Counted from the stretch's first letter, positions 1-10,254 are shown. The stretch is 64,000 nucleotides of DNA from an uncultured Spirochaetota bacterium (GCA_963734545.1 CAVTHO010000005.1:256001-320000), one strand, 5' to 3'. Notes: generated from the sequence alone by a model not told the origin. Numbers and translations are program-made.

Positions 1-1393
1 TGCGGAGGATCTCAGGCAGCTCCGACGAGATCATGATGACCGACTTGCCCTCTCGGGTCAGCTCGTTCATCAGCGTATAGATTTCACTTTTCGCCCCCAC
101 GTCGATCCCGCGGGTCGGCTCGTCGAAGATCAGGATGTCGCAGTTGCGGATGAGCCACTTGGCGATAACGACCTTCTGCTGGTTCCCCCCGGAGAGATTT
201 CTCAGGAGCTGTTCAAGGGAGGGCGTCTTGATGTTCAGCCGGCGCACGTACTCTTCAGTCGCCTGCCGCACCTTTTTTGCATTGATGAACAGGCCGCGCT
301 GGAAGCGGTTGTACGTGGCCAATGCCAGGTTGTCCCGCACGCTCAGGTTGACCGCGAGGCCGAAGCGCTTGCGGTCTTCTGAGAGGTAGCCGATCCCGTT
401 CGCCACGGCATCCTCCGGCGACTGGATGGACACGCGGCGTCCCCGCACCTCGATCGTGCCGCTCTGGACCTCGTCCGCGCCGAAGATGGCCCGCGCCGTT
501 TCGGTCCGGCCGGATCCCATCAGCCCGGCGATGCCGAGGATTTCCCCCTGCCGCAGGTCGAAGCTGACGTCCCGCACGAGCCTCCCGGCGTTCAGCCGGT
601 TCACCCGCAGAACGACCGGCGCGTTCGGTGGAACGCTGCCGCGCGTCTTCGGCTGCTCGTAGATGACCCGGCCCACCATCATGTTGATGATCTGCTGCTT
701 GGTCACCTCGGCGGTCGGCTTCGTATCGACGCGCTCGCCGTCGCGCAGAACCGTCACCCGATGGGCAATGCGGTGGATCTCGTCGAGGCGGTGGGAAATG
801 TGGATCATCGCCACGCCCCGGCTCGCCAGGTCGCGCATGATGGCGAAAAGCTCGTCGATCTCGGCGTCCGTCAGCGCGGCTGTCGGCTCGTCCAGGATCA
901 GAATTCGCAGTCGGTGCGACACCGCCTTCGCGATCTCCACCATCTGCTGCTTGCCGACTGACAGCCGCCCGAGCGGCTCGTTGGGATCGATGTTCATCTT
1001 CAGCCGCTTGAACAACTCCTCCGCCCGCCGGGTCTGCTCGCGCTTGTCCAGAAAGATGCCATTGAGACGGGTGGATTCCCTTCCGATGAAGATGTTCTGG
1101 GCCACCGTGAGGTGATACATCATGTTCAATTCCTGGTGGATGATCCCGATGCCCATCTCGAGGGCATGCTTGGGGCTGCGCGGATTGAACAAGTGGCCGA
1201 GGTAGTGGATTTCCCCGGAATCTTTCGCATTGATGCCGATGAGGACCTTCATGAGCGTCGACTTGCCGGCGCCGTTCTCCCCGACCAGCGCGTGGATCTC
1301 AGCCTCGTCGAGATCGAAGTCCACCTGCCGCAGGGCATGCACACCAGTGAAGCGTTTGTCGATTCTCTGCATGGAGAGGATTTGCCGGCCCAT
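1..1393 (-). CDS. Sugar ABC transporter ATP-binding protein (RbsA/MglA family), runs off the left edge
   Basis: Manual translation from ATG 1393: MGRQILSMQRIDKRFTGVHAL...GENGAGKSTLMK...ISHRLDEI...FDEPTRGIDVGAK...ISSELPEILR; two tandem ABC domains. Confidence 0.93.
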   Translation of the reverse strand, partial: MGRQILSMQRIDKRFTGVHALRQVDFDLDEAEIHALVGENGAGKSTLMKVLIGINAKDSGEIHYLGHLFNPRSPKHALEMGIGIIHQELNMMYHLTVAQNIFIGRESTRLNGIFLDKREQTRRAEELFKRLKMNIDPNEPLGRLSVGKQQMVEIAKAVSHRLRILILDEPTAALTDAEIDELFAIMRDLASRGVAMIHISHRLDEIHRIAHRVTVLRDGERVDTKPTAEVTKQQIINMMVGRVIYEQPKTRGSVPPNAPVVLRVNRLNAGRLVRDVSFDLRQGEILGIAGLMGSGRTETARAIFGADEVQSGTIEVRGRRVSIQSPEDAVANGIGYLSEDRKRFGLAVNLSVRDNLALATYNRFQRGLFINAKKVRQATEEYVRRLNIKTPSLEQLLRNLSGGNQQKVVIAKWLIRNCDILIFDEPTRGIDVGAKSEIYTLMNELTREGKSVIMISSELPEILR

Positions 1394-1576
1394 ATTGATT
1401 GCCACGATTATTGCGTGCTTTCCGGCTTATGTAAAGAGAGAGCTTTCAATCGTGCGGCTCGCCATACATGCGCTACGAAACAATGGTACGAATAACGCGC
1501 ACGGAGAGTCAAGCTGCGGCACTCCCTCGTCAGAAATCCATTTGAAGGAAAGCCATTCCGGCGCCTTACGCGACCG

Positions 1577-1605
1577 TTGCCCCGGCGCGGGCACGACGAT
1601 ACATT
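1577..1605 (+). promoter_or_regulatory. Putative sigma70 promoter, TTGCCC-17-TACATT
   Basis: 17-bp spacer; -10 ends 7 nt before ATG 1613. Confidence 0.45.
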
Positions 1606-1612
1606 CTACGCG

Positions 1613-2353
1613 ATGAGAATCGGTGAAAATGCCGAGGCTCTTGAGCTCACGATGAGCTTCCTCGGCAACCGGGGAGTCATTTATCCCACGCTCTTCTGGG
1701 ATGACGCGGACGGCGCGACCCTGGTGGATGCGGGCATGCCCGGGCATCTGCCCGACATTGAAGGGAAGCTCCACGACCTGGGGCTGAAGCTCACCGACAT
1801 CCGCAGGATACTCCTGACCCATCAGGACATCGACCACATCGGCTCGGCCGCCGACATCGCGCGCGCATCAGGGGCCGAGGTGTACGCGCACGAGGCGGAC
1901 GTTCCCTATATCCAGGGAGAAAAACCTCTTCTCAAGCTGGACATGAGCAGGTACGAGTCCCGGCTCCTCGCTCTACCCAAGAAGCAGCAGGACCGGGTAC
2001 GCGCGTTCCTCTCTTCACCACCGCGGGTCAGGGTGGATCGCGTCTTGAATGGCGGAGAGGAGTTGTCTTTCCACGGTGGGATCGTGGTCATCCCCACGCC
2101 GGGCCACACGCCGGGGCATGTGTGCTACTACGTCAAGACGCAGATGCTGCTGATGGCGGGAGACGCGCTGCGCGTCGAGGAGGGCAGCCTGATCGGTCCA
2201 AGCCCCCTGGGAACGCCGGACATGCGGCGGGCAGTGAGCTCCCTGAAGAACCTCCAACCCTACCGTATCGACATGGTGCTCTGCTATCACGGAGGGCTCG
2301 CTCAGCGGGAAGTAGGCTCCCGGCTGCGGGAGCTCGCCAGGATCGGGGGCTGA
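1613..2353 (+). CDS. MBL-fold metallo-hydrolase
   Basis: THQDIDHIG, TPGHTPGH, AGDAL and CYHG motifs. Confidence 0.88.
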   Translation: MRIGENAEALELTMSFLGNRGVIYPTLFWDDADGATLVDAGMPGHLPDIEGKLHDLGLKLTDIRRILLTHQDIDHIGSAADIARASGAEVYAHEADVPYIQGEKPLLKLDMSRYESRLLALPKKQQDRVRAFLSSPPRVRVDRVLNGGEELSFHGGIVVIPTPGHTPGHVCYYVKTQMLLMAGDALRVEEGSLIGPSPLGTPDMRRAVSSLKNLQPYRIDMVLCYHGGLAQREVGSRLRELARIGG

Positions 2354-2449
2354 AGCTGCCCGCTCCGCTGATCGCACCCGCTCGCCGACACGCGCGTGTG
2401 CAGGCCCAGGCGTTTCCTCATGTACGACTATTTTAGTACTATTTATCCG

Positions 2450-3493
2450 ATGCCAGGTCACGCGGTTTCGGAAAAACAGGTTCTGGACGCTCTTCGCACC
2501 GTGCAGGAACCGGAGTTGCATCGGGACCTCGTGTCGCTGGACTTCATTCGCGATATCCGCATCAACGGCGCGGATGTCGCGTTTTCAGTGACTCTCACTA
2601 CCCCCGCCTGCCCGTTGAAGGACCAGATCAGGGAGGAGAGTGAAAAAGCCATCCGGGAGCTCGTTCCGGGTGTGCAGCGTATCGACATCACCTTCGACGC
2701 CCGGGTCCGTGCGGACAAACGAATACAGGACAAGATCAATCTCCCAATCAAGACCATTGTCGCGGTGGGCAGCGGGAAAGGCGGTGTGGGCAAGTCCACC
2801 ATCAGCGTCAATCTCGCGGTGGGGCTCGCGCAATGGGGCGCCAAGGTGGGATTGCTGGACGCGGACATCTATGGACCCAATATCCCCACCCTGATGGGAG
2901 TGCAGGACCTTCCTCCGCCGGACGGAGAAAAAATGGTGCCGGTGCTTGCCCACGGTGTGCGGGTCATGAGCATGGGGTTTCTCGTCGGAGCGGAGGAAGC
3001 CCTGGTCTGGCGGGGCCCGATGATCCACAGCGCGCTCCGCCAGCTCCTCACGGAAGTGGTGTGGGGCGAGCTCGATTACCTCGTGGTGGACCTGCCGCCG
3101 GGCACCGGGGACGCGCAGCTCAGCATCGCCCAGCTTGTGCCTCTCACGGGGGGCATTGTGGTCACCACCCCGCAGCTTCTCTCCGTGAGCGACGCCCGTC
3201 GGGGGGTCACCGCGTTCCGAAAGCTGGGGGTCCCTGTCCTGGGCGTCGTGGAGAACATGAGCGGCGATGTCTTCGGCAGCGGCGGCGGCGAGCGCGCCGC
3301 GGCCGAGATGGGCGTGCCATTTCTTGCCCGCATTCCGCTGGACCCCCGCGTCTCCCGGCTGGGAGACGAAGGCCGGCCCGCCGTCACCGTCGAGGAGGCC
3401 CTCGAATCGAAGGTGGCATTCCGCGAGCTTGCCCGCAGCGTCGCTGCCGCGATCAGCGTGCACCAGTTCCAGGAGAACGGGAAGGGGCGATGA
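2450..3493 (+). CDS. mrp: Mrp/ApbC/NBP35 Fe-S carrier ATPase with N-terminal DUF59 domain
   Basis: [42 protein letters not shown] motifs. Confidence 0.93.
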   Translation: MPGHAVSEKQVLDALRTVQEPELHRDLVSLDFIRDIRINGADVAFSVTLTTPACPLKDQIREESEKAIRELVPGVQRIDITFDARVRADKRIQDKINLPIKTIVAVGSGKGGVGKSTISVNLAVGLAQWGAKVGLLDADIYGPNIPTLMGVQDLPPPDGEKMVPVLAHGVRVMSMGFLVGAEEALVWRGPMIHSALRQLLTEVVWGELDYLVVDLPPGTGDAQLSIAQLVPLTGGIVVTTPQLLSVSDARRGVTAFRKLGVPVLGVVENMSGDVFGSGGGERAAAEMGVPFLARIPLDPRVSRLGDEGRPAVTVEEALESKVAFRELARSVAAAISVHQFQENGKGR

Positions 3494-4260
3494 AACTACA
3501 TGTCGATATCAGGCGCTTCGACCCCCGGTCGGGAGCGCCCTCCTTTGAACAGGGATATGAGGTGGAAGCGGAGCCCACGGACCGGCTGCTCGACGTGCTC
3601 CTCCGCATCAAGAGCCTTCAGGATGCCTCCCTCTCCTTCCGCTACAGCTGCGCGCACGGCGTGTGCGGCTCCGACGCCATGCGCATCAACGGCAAGGAAC
3701 GCCTGGCGTGCAAGACCCTGGTGCGCGATGTCGCGGGCACCGGTGAGGCGAATGGGCAGGAGGCGGTACGGGTGCAGATCGAGCCGCTGCGCCACTTGCC
3801 GGTGCTGCGTGACCTGATCGTGGACCAGGCGGAGTTCTTCCGCCGCAGCCTGACGGTCACTCCGTTTCTCCTGCCCGCGGGAACCGCCGTGGACAGGGAA
3901 ATGCTCCAGGCGCCGCAGCAGCAGCAGCAATTCGAGGATGCGACGAAATGCATCAACTGCGCGGCCTGTTTTTCCGCGTGTCCCGTGCTGGAAAAGAACC
4001 CGCGGTTCCTCGGACCCGCGGCCATCGTGCATGCCGCCCGGTTCGTTGAGGACAGCCGCGACTGGGGCCTGGCGCCGCGGCTGGACGCCCTGGACACTCC
4101 GGACGGGGTCTGGGGGTGCGAGAATCACTTCGAATGCACGCGGGTCTGTCCGCGGGAGATCAAGGTGACGAAGCTGATCAATCTCATGAAGCGGCGCGTG
4201 ACGCAGGAGCGGGAAAAGCGCGGGGAGAACGTTCACGGTTCGTCGGAGAAGGGCGCCTAG
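3490..4260 (+). CDS. sdhB: Succinate dehydrogenase/fumarate reductase iron-sulfur subunit
   Basis: [10 protein letters not shown]...[27 protein letters not shown]; ATG overlaps the mrp stop (ATGA). Confidence 0.92.
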   Translation: MKLHVDIRRFDPRSGAPSFEQGYEVEAEPTDRLLDVLLRIKSLQDASLSFRYSCAHGVCGSDAMRINGKERLACKTLVRDVAGTGEANGQEAVRVQIEPLRHLPVLRDLIVDQAEFFRRSLTVTPFLLPAGTAVDREMLQAPQQQQQFEDATKCINCAACFSACPVLEKNPRFLGPAAIVHAARFVEDSRDWGLAPRLDALDTPDGVWGCENHFECTRVCPREIKVTKLINLMKRRVTQEREKRGENVHGSSEKGA

Positions 4261-4262
4261 GA

Positions 4263-5255
4263 GTGTCGGACGCGCGGGCTTCACAGCGAAAGCCGGAGTG
4301 GCTGAAGATCCGGCTCAATACGACGGAGAGCTACGTCGCCGTCAAGAATCTCGTGCGCGCGGGGGAGCTGCACACCGTCTGCGAGGAGGCGCGCTGTCCC
4401 AATCTGCACGAGTGCTGGGGCACGCACCGTACGGCGAGCTTCATGATCCTGGGAGACACCTGCACGCGGCGCTGCCGTTTCTGCGCCGTGGGCACCGGTC
4501 TGCCCGGCGAGGTGGACCGCCTGGAGCCCCTGCGCGTGGCAGCGGCCGTCATGCGCATGGGGTTGAAGCACGCTCATGTCACGATGGTCAACAGGGATGA
4601 CCTGGCGGACGGCGGCGCATTCATGATGGCCTCAACTGTCCGCGCCATCCACGCGCGCGTGCCGGACTGCTCGATCGAGGTCCTCACCTCTGACTTCATG
4701 GGCTCCCGGGAGGCCATCCACGCCGTGGTGGAGAGCGCGGCCGACGTGGTGAGCCACAACGTGGAAACAGTACGCAGGCTGACGCCCCTCGTGCGCTCGC
4801 GCTCCAGCTATGACAGGTCGCTGGAGTTCCTCCGTATCGCAAAAGAGCTCGACCCGGAAGGCGTCACCAAGTCGAGCATCATGCTCGGGCTGGGCGAATC
4901 GCGCGAGGAGGTGATCTCCACACTGGAGGACCTTCGCGCGGCGCGTGTGGACATTGTCAACATCGGGCAGTACCTCCAGCCCACGCGCAACAACATCCCG
5001 GTGGACAGGTACTGGCACCCCGGTGAGTTCGCGGAGCTCAAGGAAGTCGCCATGGAGAAGGGCTTCCTCTACTGCGAGGCAGGGCCGCTGGTCCGGTCCT
5101 CCTATCACGCCGGAGAGCAGTACGAGGGGTTTCGCGAGCACCTCGCCCGCATCCGCGCCGCCGTACCCGGCGGATTGGGCGCCGCTGTACCCGGCGGATT
5201 GGGCGCCGCCGCAGGCGGATCCCGGGCGGCGCAAAATCCAGACCTGCCTACATGA
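4263..5255 (+). CDS. lipA: Lipoyl synthase with a repeat-derived C-terminal tail
   Basis: KPEWLK, CEEARCPNLHEC, CTRRCRFC, GPLVRSSYHA; GTG start. Confidence 0.96.
   Translation: MSDARASQRKPEWLKIRLNTTESYVAVKNLVRAGELHTVCEEARCPNLHECWGTHRTASFMILGDTCTRRCRFCAVGTGLPGEVDRLEPLRVAAAVMRMGLKHAHVTMVNRDDLADGGAFMMASTVRAIHARVPDCSIEVLTSDFMGSREAIHAVVESAADVVSHNVETVRRLTPLVRSRSSYDRSLEFLRIAKELDPEGVTKSSIMLGLGESREEVISTLEDLRAARVDIVNIGQYLQPTRNNIPVDRYWHPGEFAELKEVAMEKGFLYCEAGPLVRSSYHAGEQYEGFREHLARIRAAVPGGLGAAVPGGLGAAAGGSRAAQNPDLPT
5157..5209. repeat. 24-bp tandem repeat (AAVPGGLG x2); member of the dispersed repeat family in reverse orientation
   Basis: gccgccgtacccggcggattgggc followed by gccgctgtacccggcggattgggc. Confidence 0.9.
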
Positions 5256-6025
5256 TCGACGTTTCCTCGCACCGGCCCGCTGCCGCCCGGCGAGGTGCGC
5301 GAGTCCATCGCGTCCTGCACGTCCGCGACCTCACCGAGAGCGCCTTTGTGCTGCGGTTCTCCCGGGAAGGCCTTGTCTTCCGTGCCGGGCAGTGGGTGAA
5401 TCTCGGGCTGCCGCGAAGCAGGGACCAGCGCGAGTACTCGCTTTATTCCTCACCCGGGGATTCCTTCCTCGAGGTCCTCGTCAAGGAGATCCCTGAAGGA
5501 ACGGTGTCCCGCGCTCTCCGCCGCTGCCGTCCGGGAGATGCGTTGGAGGTGGACGGGCCTCACGGCTCCTTCACCCTGGTCGAGGGCACGCGCGCATCCG
5601 CTCAATTCCTGTTCATCGCCACCGGCACCGGCGTCTCGCCCTTTCACTGCTTTGCCCGGAACAATCCCGGACTGGACTATCTCCTGCTGCACGGGGTCAG
5701 GGACGCTTCCGAGCTGTACGACAGCGGGACCTTCGCTCCGGACCGATTCATCCCCTGCATCAGCCGGGGACACGGTGCCGAATCCGCGGGACACGGCGTA
5801 CCCGCCGAACGGGTGCTCCCGTACCGCGGCGCCAAATCCGCGGAGTACCGCGGCGCGCGTAATGCCTATGCCGGCCGTGTCACCACCTACCTGGCCGAGC
5901 AGCCGGTGGAGACTTCGCGGTACTGCTACCTGTGTGGCAACAGCGACATGATCTATGAAGCCTACGCGCTGCTGAAGAAGCGCGGTGTTTCCCACTCCCG
6001 CATCTTCGCCGAGGTCTACTTCTAG
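5252..6025 (+). CDS. Ferredoxin/flavodoxin-NADP+ reductase-like FAD oxidoreductase with an in-frame repeat insertion
   Basis: REYSLYS, GPHGSF, ATGTGVSPF, YLCGNSDMI and terminal EVYF. Confidence 0.9.
   Translation: MIDVSSHRPAAARRGARVHRVLHVRDLTESAFVLRFSREGLVFRAGQWVNLGLPRSRDQREYSLYSSPGDSFLEVLVKEIPEGTVSRALRRCRPGDALEVDGPHGSFTLVEGTRASAQFLFIATGTGVSPFHCFARNNPGLDYLLLHGVRDASELYDSGTFAPDRFIPCISRGHGAESAGHGVPAERVLPYRGAKSAEYRGARNAYAGRVTTYLAEQPVETSRYCYLCGNSDMIYEAYALLKKRGVSHSRIFAEVYF
5768..5857 (+). repeat. Composite repeat element (unit-hairpin-unit) inside the reductase CDS
   Basis: ggtgccgaatccgcgggacacggc ... gtacccg-ccgaa-cgggtgc ... ggcgccaaatccgcggagtaccgc. Confidence 0.8.
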
Positions 6026-6076
6026 GTCTCCACGGGATCCGCAGCCCGCGGAGCTCTGCGCCCGCGTTTTCCCGTG

Positions 6077-7381
6077 TCAGCGCAAAGCAGGCAGCCAGCT
6101 TCCGTGCGCCTCGATGAGGTCGTCGCACAGGGAGACGATGTCGTCGAGGGAAAGCTCCGCGGCGGTATGGGGATCGAGCATCGCGGCCTGGTACACGGTG
6201 TCCTTCCGCCGGGTCACCGCGGCTTCCACGGCGAGAAGCTGCACATTGATATTGGTCATGTTGAGCGCCGCGAGCTGCACCGGCAGCGCCCCGACATGGC
6301 AGGGGGTCACTCCGGCGGCATCCACCATGCAGGGTACCTCGACGCACGCTTCTTCGGGAACGTTGTCGATCAGTCCCGTATTCAGCACGTTGCCGGCTAT
6401 CCTGAATGGCCTGTCCGTCTCCCGGGCATCCATGAGGTACGAGGCGTACTCCTCCGTCCGCGTGTGGCCCAGCTCGCGATTGCGGGTCAGGGTCGCGCGC
6501 ATGGCCGCCCAGTCCTCGATCTGCTTGACGCAGCGCCGAGGGTACTCATCAAGGGGAATGTTGAAGCGCTGAATGAGATCGGGATATCGGGACTTGATGA
6601 ACCAGGGATTGTACTCGGCGTTGTGCTCGCTGGATTCAGTCACGTAGTATCCGAACCGCCGCATGATCTCGTACCGCACCATGTCAGCGTGCGGCGCGGG
6701 TCGCTCGCGCGCCCTCTTTTTTATCTCCGGGTACAGATCGACGCCTGCCCTTTCCACTTCCAGCAGCCATGCCATGTGATTGATGCCGGCGATCCTCCCC
6801 CGCACGCCGACAGGGTCCATGCCCAGGCCCTCGAGAAGGTGGGGAACGCAGACCTGCACGGAATGGCAGAGCCCCACCGTCTTCACGCCCGAGTGGCGGA
6901 GCAGCGCACCGGTGACCATTGCCATCGGGTTCACATAGTTGAGAAACCATGCATCGGGACACACCGCCTCCATGTCGCGCGCAAACTCAAGCACGACGGG
7001 AATCGTGCGCAGGGCCCGGAATATTCCTCCGATCCCCAGCGTGTCGCCGATTGTCTGGCGCAGGCCGTACTTCTTCGGGATCTCGAAATCAGTGACGGTG
7101 CAGGGCTCGAATCCTCCGACCTGGATGGCGTTCACCACGTAGGCGGAGCCGGCAAGGGCTTTGCGGCGATCATCGTACGCGATCACCCGTGCCCGGGACT
7201 GGTTCACGTTGCGGTTGAGCGTCTCCAGCATCATCGCAGAATCCTTCAAACGCGCCGGATCGATATCGAAGAGGGCGAACTCGGCCTCTGCCAGCGACGG
7301 GGTGAGCATGCAGTCCCCGAGCACGTTTTTCGCAAAGACCGTGCTCCCCGCGCCCAGAAAGGTGATTTTCGCCATTTCCAT
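6077..7381 (-). CDS. melA: Alpha-galactosidase, glycoside hydrolase family 4
   Basis: KITFLGAGSTVF, QTIGDTLGIGGIFRALRT, NYVNPMA, GLCHSVQ, GINHMAW, TESSEH. Confidence 0.93.
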   Translation of the reverse strand: MEMAKITFLGAGSTVFAKNVLGDCMLTPSLAEAEFALFDIDPARLKDSAMMLETLNRNVNQSRARVIAYDDRRKALAGSAYVVNAIQVGGFEPCTVTDFEIPKKYGLRQTIGDTLGIGGIFRALRTIPVVLEFARDMEAVCPDAWFLNYVNPMAMVTGALLRHSGVKTVGLCHSVQVCVPHLLEGLGMDPVGVRGRIAGINHMAWLLEVERAGVDLYPEIKKRARERPAPHADMVRYEIMRRFGYYVTESSEHNAEYNPWFIKSRYPDLIQRFNIPLDEYPRRCVKQIEDWAAMRATLTRNRELGHTRTEEYASYLMDARETDRPFRIAGNVLNTGLIDNVPEEACVEVPCMVDAAGVTPCHVGALPVQLAALNMTNINVQLLAVEAAVTRRKDTVYQAAMLDPHTAAELSLDDIVSLCDDLIEAHGSWLPALR

Positions 7382-7522
7382 ACCCGTCCCTCCTTGACAT
7401 GGGGCTGTCGAATCACCAGCATGGTGAGCGCCCGCTATGCTGACGCTGCCCCGACAGACCGGACACGGTCCCGCCCATCACCTCGTCGAGCATATCGCAA
7501 TCGAGACGAGGGAGACCAGTCG

Positions 7523-8171
7523 ATGACGCGCATTGCCATGGCTGTCCTTCTGGCGGCCGCGCTGTCGACCGCCCCTCTGCCCGCTGAAGAGGGGGTCCTG
7601 CGTTATGTCCGGGTGCACGAAACGAGTTCGGTAACCGTGGAGATCGAAGTCTCCCGCAGCGCCGGGGAGATAAGGGTGAAATCGGAGGGAGGCGGAAGAT
7701 CGGAAGAATCGATCTGGGTGCCCGGGCAGGGGAGTCCTCTCCTGGCGGCTGGCCGACCCTGCAGCGGGATCTGATCTGCAGGGCGAACGGACAGGGGACT
7801 TCATACGGGTGACAGGGAAGTCGAGAGGCAGGGAAGTCACCCGCGAGCTCAAGATCGACGCGGCGCCCTGGTACCAGATATTCGGTCCCGGAGTTGCCGA
7901 TCTGATCTCCGCCGACAACGGGCAGATGGAGTTCTGGGTCCTCAATCCAGACGACCTGGCGACACACAAGATGCTCGCCCGGCAGGCGGGCCGGGAGCGC
8001 CGGGAAATCGCCGGCGAGCAGGTCGATACCTTCAAGATCCATTTCTCCCCTGCGGGAGCGCTTGCCCCCTTCTGGGGCGCGGACTTCTGGTACAGGCCCT
8101 CGGACTCCGCCCTTCTTTTCTCCCGGCTGCCGGAGAACGGCGGATCGACGATTACGACAATCATCTGGTGA
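7523..8171 (+). CDS. Secreted hypothetical protein, one frameshift near 7730
   Basis: Signal peptide MTRIAMAVLLAAALSTAPLPA after a GGGAG RBS; reading continues in the 7809..8171 frame (VLSWRLADP...APWYQIFG) across a G run. Confidence 0.65.
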
Positions 8172-8180
8172 GCCCGGATG

Positions 8181-8219
8181 GGCGCCGCGGTATTCCGAGG
8201 ATTCCTGGCGCCGCGGTAC
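8181..8219. repeat. Intergenic copy of the dispersed repeat family (26-bp period) between convergent genes
   Basis: ggcgccgcggta at 8181 and 8207; its reverse complement matches 5821-5856 at 34/36 with a 2-nt gap. Confidence 0.85.
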
Positions 8220-9901
8220 TAGGCGCGGCGGGTCGCGGGAAACATGACCCTGAATATCGTTCCCTTGCCAGGTTCGCTGGTGACTCTCATACAGCCATGA
8301 TGACCCAGGACGATCCCATGTACCGCTGCCAGACCGAGACCACGCCCGACGAACTTCGTGCTGAAGAACGGATCGAATATTCTCTCCCTGGTTGCGACCT
8401 CCATACCGCAGCCCGTGTCCTCGACTTCCAGGTACGCGTAGGCGCCCGGGGCAAGCCCCCGGCCCAGGATACTCCGCTCCAGCGCCGCGGCGTCGAGATC
8501 TTCCGATCCCGTGCGGAGGATGATCGTACCCCCCTCTGCGCCCAGTGACTCGGATGCATTGGTGAGCAGGTTCATGATCACCTGTCGAACCAGTGCCGGG
8601 TCCATGTCGATGGCGGGGGTCGTTTCGGCGAGCTCGTATGCCAGCCGCCCTTTGCCGCGCAGGGAAACCTCGATGATCGAGCTCATTTCCCGGACGACCG
8701 TGGACAGGTCCTGCTTTGTCACCCGCAATGGCTCTCTTCCCGAGTAGACAAGAAGCTGGCGTGTGAGCTCCGCCCCCTGGCGCGCCGCTTTCCCGATGTT
8801 CTGCAGGGTCTCGCGCAACGGGGCGGGCAGGGAGCGGTCGGTGAGCGCAAGGTCGAGGTTGCCCAGGACAACCATGAGGAGATTGTTGAAATCGTGCGCG
8901 ATTCCCCCTGCCAGGACTCCGAGGCTCTCGAGCCTCTGCACGTGCTGGACCTGGCTCTCCATTGCCCGCCGCTGTTTCTCGCCGCGCACACGATCCGAAA
9001 TGTCCAGCGCGGTGAAAATCACGCCGGCCTGCAGGTTGCCCCGCACGATCGGAGAGGAGCTGAGGAGAATGTCGACAAGAGTGCCGTCCTTGCGCATCCA
9101 GCGCGTCTCGATGGTGCCGGTTCCTTCCCGTTCGATGCTTTCGCTTTGCTCCCTGCCGACCCTTTCGTACTCTTCCTGATCCGCATAGAGAATACGCGCC
9201 CCGCGTCCCAGCATCTCATCCGCCGCATACCCGGTGATCCGGCACAGCCGCTCGTTCACTTCCGTGAACACGCGATCCACCACGGTACCGATGCCGCTCG
9301 GCGCGGTGCGGAAGATGCCGTCCATCTTGGCCTGTCGGCGCGCCAGCTCCTCCACCGCCCTTTCCCGTCCGATATGCGCCCCGACCATCTCGGCCGCGGT
9401 CTGCAGGAGGCGCACATCCTCCCCCGACCACGTACGAGGGCTCACCGTGTCGTCGAATCCGATGAATCCGTACCAGGCTCCTGCGACGGACACGGGGATA
9501 TTGAGGATGGAAAGGATGCCCTGGGGCGCAAGGATCCCCCGGGACATCTCGTCCAGCTCGTCGACGATTCCCCAGAAAGGCTTCCCCTGGGACAGCACGC
9601 GCCGGGCCGGTTCGTACGAGGAGGCGTAAGGCAGGTGCTGGAGCAGGGCATTGTCGATCTGCGGTTCGACACCGGGAGCGCACGCCTCGTGGGTCTGACG
9701 TATGCACAGGCCGTCCCGCGGGTCGTCGAAGTTCTCGAACAGATACACGCGGCTGGCGCCGGCGGCCGCGCGCAGGTGCTCCAGAGCGCCGTCGATTGCC
9801 TGAGGGCCGCCCGCGATCAGGCTGCGGGAGCAGGAGGCGAGCCCCTCCTCGTAGCGCAGGCGCTCGGCAAGCTTCTCGGAGGCGCCCCGGCTCGGGCTCA
9901 T
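8219..9901 (-). CDS. Cytoplasmic sensor histidine kinase (GAF-PAS-HisKA-HATPase)
   Basis: H box LAGGIAHDFNNLL, NLLTNA, DTGCGM, DPFFSTK, GRGLGL. Confidence 0.92.
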   Translation of the reverse strand: MSPSRGASEKLAERLRYEEGLASCSRSLIAGGPQAIDGALEHLRAAAGASRVYLFENFDDPRDGLCIRQTHEACAPGVEPQIDNALLQHLPYASSYEPARRVLSQGKPFWGIVDELDEMSRGILAPQGILSILNIPVSVAGAWYGFIGFDDTVSPRTWSGEDVRLLQTAAEMVGAHIGRERAVEELARRQAKMDGIFRTAPSGIGTVVDRVFTEVNERLCRITGYAADEMLGRGARILYADQEEYERVGREQSESIEREGTGTIETRWMRKDGTLVDILLSSSPIVRGNLQAGVIFTALDISDRVRGEKQRRAMESQVQHVQRLESLGVLAGGIAHDFNNLLMVVLGNLDLALTDRSLPAPLRETLQNIGKAARQGAELTRQLLVYSGREPLRVTKQDLSTVVREMSSIIEVSLRGKGRLAYELAETTPAIDMDPALVRQVIMNLLTNASESLGAEGGTIILRTGSEDLDAAALERSILGRGLAPGAYAYLEVEDTGCGMEVATRERIFDPFFSTKFVGRGLGLAAVHGIVLGHHGCMRVTSEPGKGTIFRVMFPATRRA

Positions 9902-10254
9902 GTGAAGGAAATGCGCGGCACCCAGAGGTGCTTCTTCATGTCGATCCTGCCATCCTCCTTGACCGGAACACCCTCCGCTTCCAGCAGGGCCTTCTGCTCC
10001 TCGAATCCGGCTCCTCTTGGCAGGGAGATCGATCCGCGGCTGTTGATGACGCGCTGCCAGGGCAGGCGCTCGGCGCGTGAAAGGCTGTGCAGAACCCGGA
10101 CCACCTGACGGGCGGCAAGAGGGCTTCCCGCAACGGCGGCTACCTGCGCATAGGTGGCAACCTTGCCACGCGGGATGGAGCGCATGATCTCTATGGCCCG
10201 GACCGTGAAGGGTGCATAGCGCGTACCACGGGTCGTTGCTCCATGAGCCTTCAC
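9898..10254 (-). CDS. Alkyltransferase-like (Atl/YbaZ, MGMT family) DNA-binding protein
   Basis: IPRGKVATYAQVA and PWQRV (Trp in place of the catalytic Cys); start uncertain. Confidence 0.85.
   Translation of the reverse strand: MKAHGATTRGTRYAPFTVRAIEIMRSIPRGKVATYAQVAAVAGSPLAARQVVRVLHSLSRAERLPWQRVINSRGSISLPRGAGFEEQKALLEAEGVPVKEDGRIDMKKHLWVPRISFT

Noticed and set aside
5157-8219. Repeat units as a CRISPR array
   Set aside because: No unique spacers, no regular array and no cas genes; most copies are inside CDSs.
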